Source: Ostrea edulis (lineage: Eukaryota). From it: 64,000 bases of DNA. Location: contig NC_079172.1 in assembly GCF_947568905.1 (NCBI RefSeq), positions 60,202,001 to 60,266,000 of the forward strand, in the 5' to 3' direction. The translations under genes and the position numbers were made by a program. The stretch's first letter is position 1. Each line of letters opens with the position of its first letter. This document shows, in pieces, positions 60,921 through 64,000 of this stretch. Under the pieces are notes generated by a model. It was not told the DNA's origin and made no database searches. It saw only the letters and a program-made list of their open reading frames with translations.

Positions 60921-63257
60921 TATACGGTCATACAGGGAGTGTGGTATGTGATCTTATTAAATCAACAAATTGAACATCTTGTATTTGATTATAATTCTAA
61001 TTTTTAACTAACAGAGACTGAGTGATTGCAGCACCCCAATATACTAAATAGATGAGAACTTCTAACAGTTGATTTCTAATCAAACTACTGATATCTTATT
61101 ATTTAGATTAATAATGAAAAGACCTTTTATTTTAATTCAAACACAAATTATCTGCTAGCCTTTTAGATATTTCATATAAATCTGTTAATTCCTCTTACTA
61201 GGGTCATAAACGTAATCTTACTCGTTTTCTCTCTGTTGTATATCTTCGGGTTCAACATATATCCGCAGTATACCGGTACATGTACGAACTTGCACTGTAC
61301 ATAGATCGAAAAAAGTAATAAAATTTGAAAGATTAAGTTATAATTCAAGTCTTTTTCAGTATAACTGTTGTTGTAAGTTTCTAACAACATACGGTCACAA
61401 TTGATGGGAGAAGGGGGAGGGGTCAGAAAATGACAAAGCCCGGAAAAGGGGGTGGCACCTATAGGCGCTTGCTTTATACTTTTCATAATAAATCAAATAT
61501 AATGATTTTGAAATAAATATGGACTACTTGTGTGAAATATATGAAACGTTGGATTCTAAACATCTTCAAAGAATCCTGTTTATCAATCATACCTTTGTAC
61601 TTGACCTTTGTATTTGGGAGAGGGCCTACATAGGCTATGCCTGTTGCCCGATCCTATTGAGTTTCTCATTAAAATATGTTTAAATTAAAAATCAACGCCA
61701 TAAAGACCCCCCTCCCTCCTTTCTGAGTCTATGCTAAAATTCTGCCAGTTTTAACTGGACAAGTAGAACAAACACCACACAGACAGACACACAGACAGAT
61801 GGACACATGGTACCAAATAGATATGTCCCCTGAAAATTTTTGGGGTGATGTCATAACTACCGTTATAACTGCAGATTTATCTCCCCACCAAATAAGGTAA
61901 CAATGAGACAAGCATTGAATGTGGGTTGACATGGAAGTTACACACATATACCAACTCACAAACACAATGATTAAAAGTAATCTACAAGACTTTGTTGTAT
62001 TTTTTCCCCTCCCGGAATTATCCTAAAAAGGAGCAACGAGGACGTACAAGTAACACACATGTACATTTCTGGTCATAGAAAGACACATTATTATACAAAG
62101 TTAGAGGATGAAAATAAAAATGGACTTGATGGAGGGGGGTACGCCTAAAAATCATGGAGGTCAGACTAAATCATATTTCTGGATGACTTCCCAATACCCA
62201 CTGGGGGCCTCAAGGCGGTCCCCAGACCCCCTACCTCATACAGTGGCGCCCACCGTAACCACAATTCCTGGATCTGCCCCTGACTTTGAGTTTGTGGCTA
62301 CTTTTAAATGACTTACTCGAGAAAATATTTGTATTTTGCAATTTTTGGAAATCTGTGATGTATTCAACAGCAGTGTTAGAGGGCGAAGCCCTCTCACGGC
62401 CCGAAGGGCCGTGAGAGCGGAGCTCTCCCTATAGGTAACACGTATATACATGTTTAAAAGGAAAATAATGAAAAATTAAACCATACCTATGGAACTTGAA
62501 AAGTTTGGTACCAATGGCGTCGATTCGAATATTAGCTCGTGGACATGTATTCCTCCATTTTGAATCTCGTCTACCCTATTTCACGTCGTTCTGAGATGTT
62601 ACATAAAATCCGTAAAGGCATGTAAATCTTATTTTCTTAATCAAATATAGATTTCTAATCACTCCACGATTAACGCCATGTTTTTTGTTGTGGTTCAAAC
62701 GCTATATTTGTAAATTTGCTAAATAACGACGCTGAATATGACGTCACAATGTACTGTTGACATCAATTGCGTTATATTTCCCGCGTTCAATATATAGGCG
62801 GATCAAATGTACAGGATGCTTTGATACAGCTCCGTCCGCGTGCTAACTTCGAGTTGTTTTTGTCCTGTTTTGGATATAGATACTAATGCCAAAACTTTTT
62901 TGCTTCGCCCTCAAACACGGTCACGCCGTAAAACATATTAGGAGATAATGGCTAGGGTGTAATGTATTAATATGCGAATTCATACCATAAAATGTAAGTG
63001 TTTGTATGTGGGTGCTTTGTATACTCTTTACCGGAAGTTCATATATACTGTCCCACACGAACGATAACTCCTACAAGCAAACGTTACGAAAACAGGCAAT
63101 ATGTAACAATTTATTTTGTTACATACCGTTGCAGCACGATTTGTTACAAAGCGTACGTAGCACGAATGGCAACGCTATGTAACCCCCCAACTCCTAGTCG
63201 AGGCCTCGTTACTCTGGCGGAAGTCCCCCCCCCCCCCCTCATTATAGCGTCGCCATT

Positions 63258-63339
63258 CCAATCGGAACTCCTCGTATGTCTCGTGCACTCGACATAGATC
63301 TATGTCGAGTGCGCGAAACATTCGAGGAGTTCCGATTGG
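63258..63339. mobile_element. 82-bp fully palindromic mini-element with an 8-bp TSD
   Basis: 41-bp arms with 3 mismatches, centre AGATCT, TSD TCGCCATT on both sides. Confidence 0.8.
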
Positions 63340-63459
63340 TCGCCATTCGTGCTATGGTATATCGTTACATGTAACATACCCTCTCGTTGTTACATACCAT
63401 GCCGTATCAAAGCACATGTATCCATACTACATTTTACTTTTAGACTCATTTCATCCACA

Positions 63460-63572
63460 GGGGCTAAGCCCGTTTTGAGCCCGAACTCTGTGATACCTTA
63501 AATAGGCCTATAATGGCTATATAGGCTTATTTATGGTGTCACAGAGTTCGGGCCCAAAACGGACTTAGCCCC
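63460..63572. repeat. 113-bp hairpin element (GGGGCTAAG ends)
   Basis: 53-bp arms, 7-nt loop, about 5 mismatches. Confidence 0.8.
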
Positions 63573-63896
63573 AGTAATTAACCTCAACTCTGCAAAGTTG
63601 TCTGATTTCATTGTTCTACTCTATATATATCCGACGTAAGAGTTGATTTTTAAATAATCTTACCATTTCGCATCTACGTCTAAGCATTTCGCAAACAAAC
63701 CGCCACATCGACTTATAACAGGAAGCAGAATGTGGTTCATTCTATGCTAAACCGTAACCTGTTAAATATTCCGAATTACTGGAGTACATTGGGTCCGAAA
63801 AATAGTCAGTTAAAAAGCGTGAAGTATGACAAGCAATTGTACTATTTATTCTAAAAAGAGATATCTCTTTAAATTTGAGAGATATCTTTTTAACTC

Positions 63897-64000
63897 TGTG
63901 ACCGGTCAACAGGGGATGCTTACTCCTCCTAGGCACCTGATCCCACCTCTGGTGTGTCCAGGGGTCCGTGTTTGCCCAATTATCTATTTTGTATTGTTTA
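63897..64000 (+). mobile_element. Abundant oyster interspersed repeat, possibly the terminal part of a Penelope-like element, cut by the window edge
   Basis: GGGGATGCTTACTCCTCCTAGGCACCTGATCCCACCTCTGG, recognised from memory only. No ORF in view. Confidence 0.4.

Overview
AT-rich metazoan DNA, most likely an oyster (Ostreidae, judged from recalled SINE, MITE and satellite families), with one 188-N gap. Four protein-coding genes could be rebuilt by hand. (1) An ANKRD55-like ankyrin gene on the minus strand, 9 coding exons, 15936-3697. (2) ERGIC1 on the plus strand, 9 exons, 32416-39096, 873 nt = 290 aa plus stop. (3, 4) Two tandem PAQR/membrane progestin receptor-like paralogs on the minus strand, 43185-42157 and 52234-51269. 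The rest is minisatellites, SINEs, MITEs, a tRNA-containing miniature LTR element and a decayed Tc1. I found no tRNA gene, rRNA gene or CRISPR array. Most ORF-track entries are repeat or antisense artefacts. The main unexpected signal is that at least 6, probably 8, of the 32 splice junctions in the two spliced genes are themselves tandemly duplicated. The clearest cases are in ERGIC1. One is a 15-copy, 36-bp, in-frame, stop-free array of the exon-3 acceptor, which could encode a ladder of (VSELTFRDLYFS)n insertions. The other is a 25-copy array of the exon-7 donor. All exon calls and alignments were made by eye. Repeat and mobile-element boundaries are approximate unless TIRs or TSDs are quoted.
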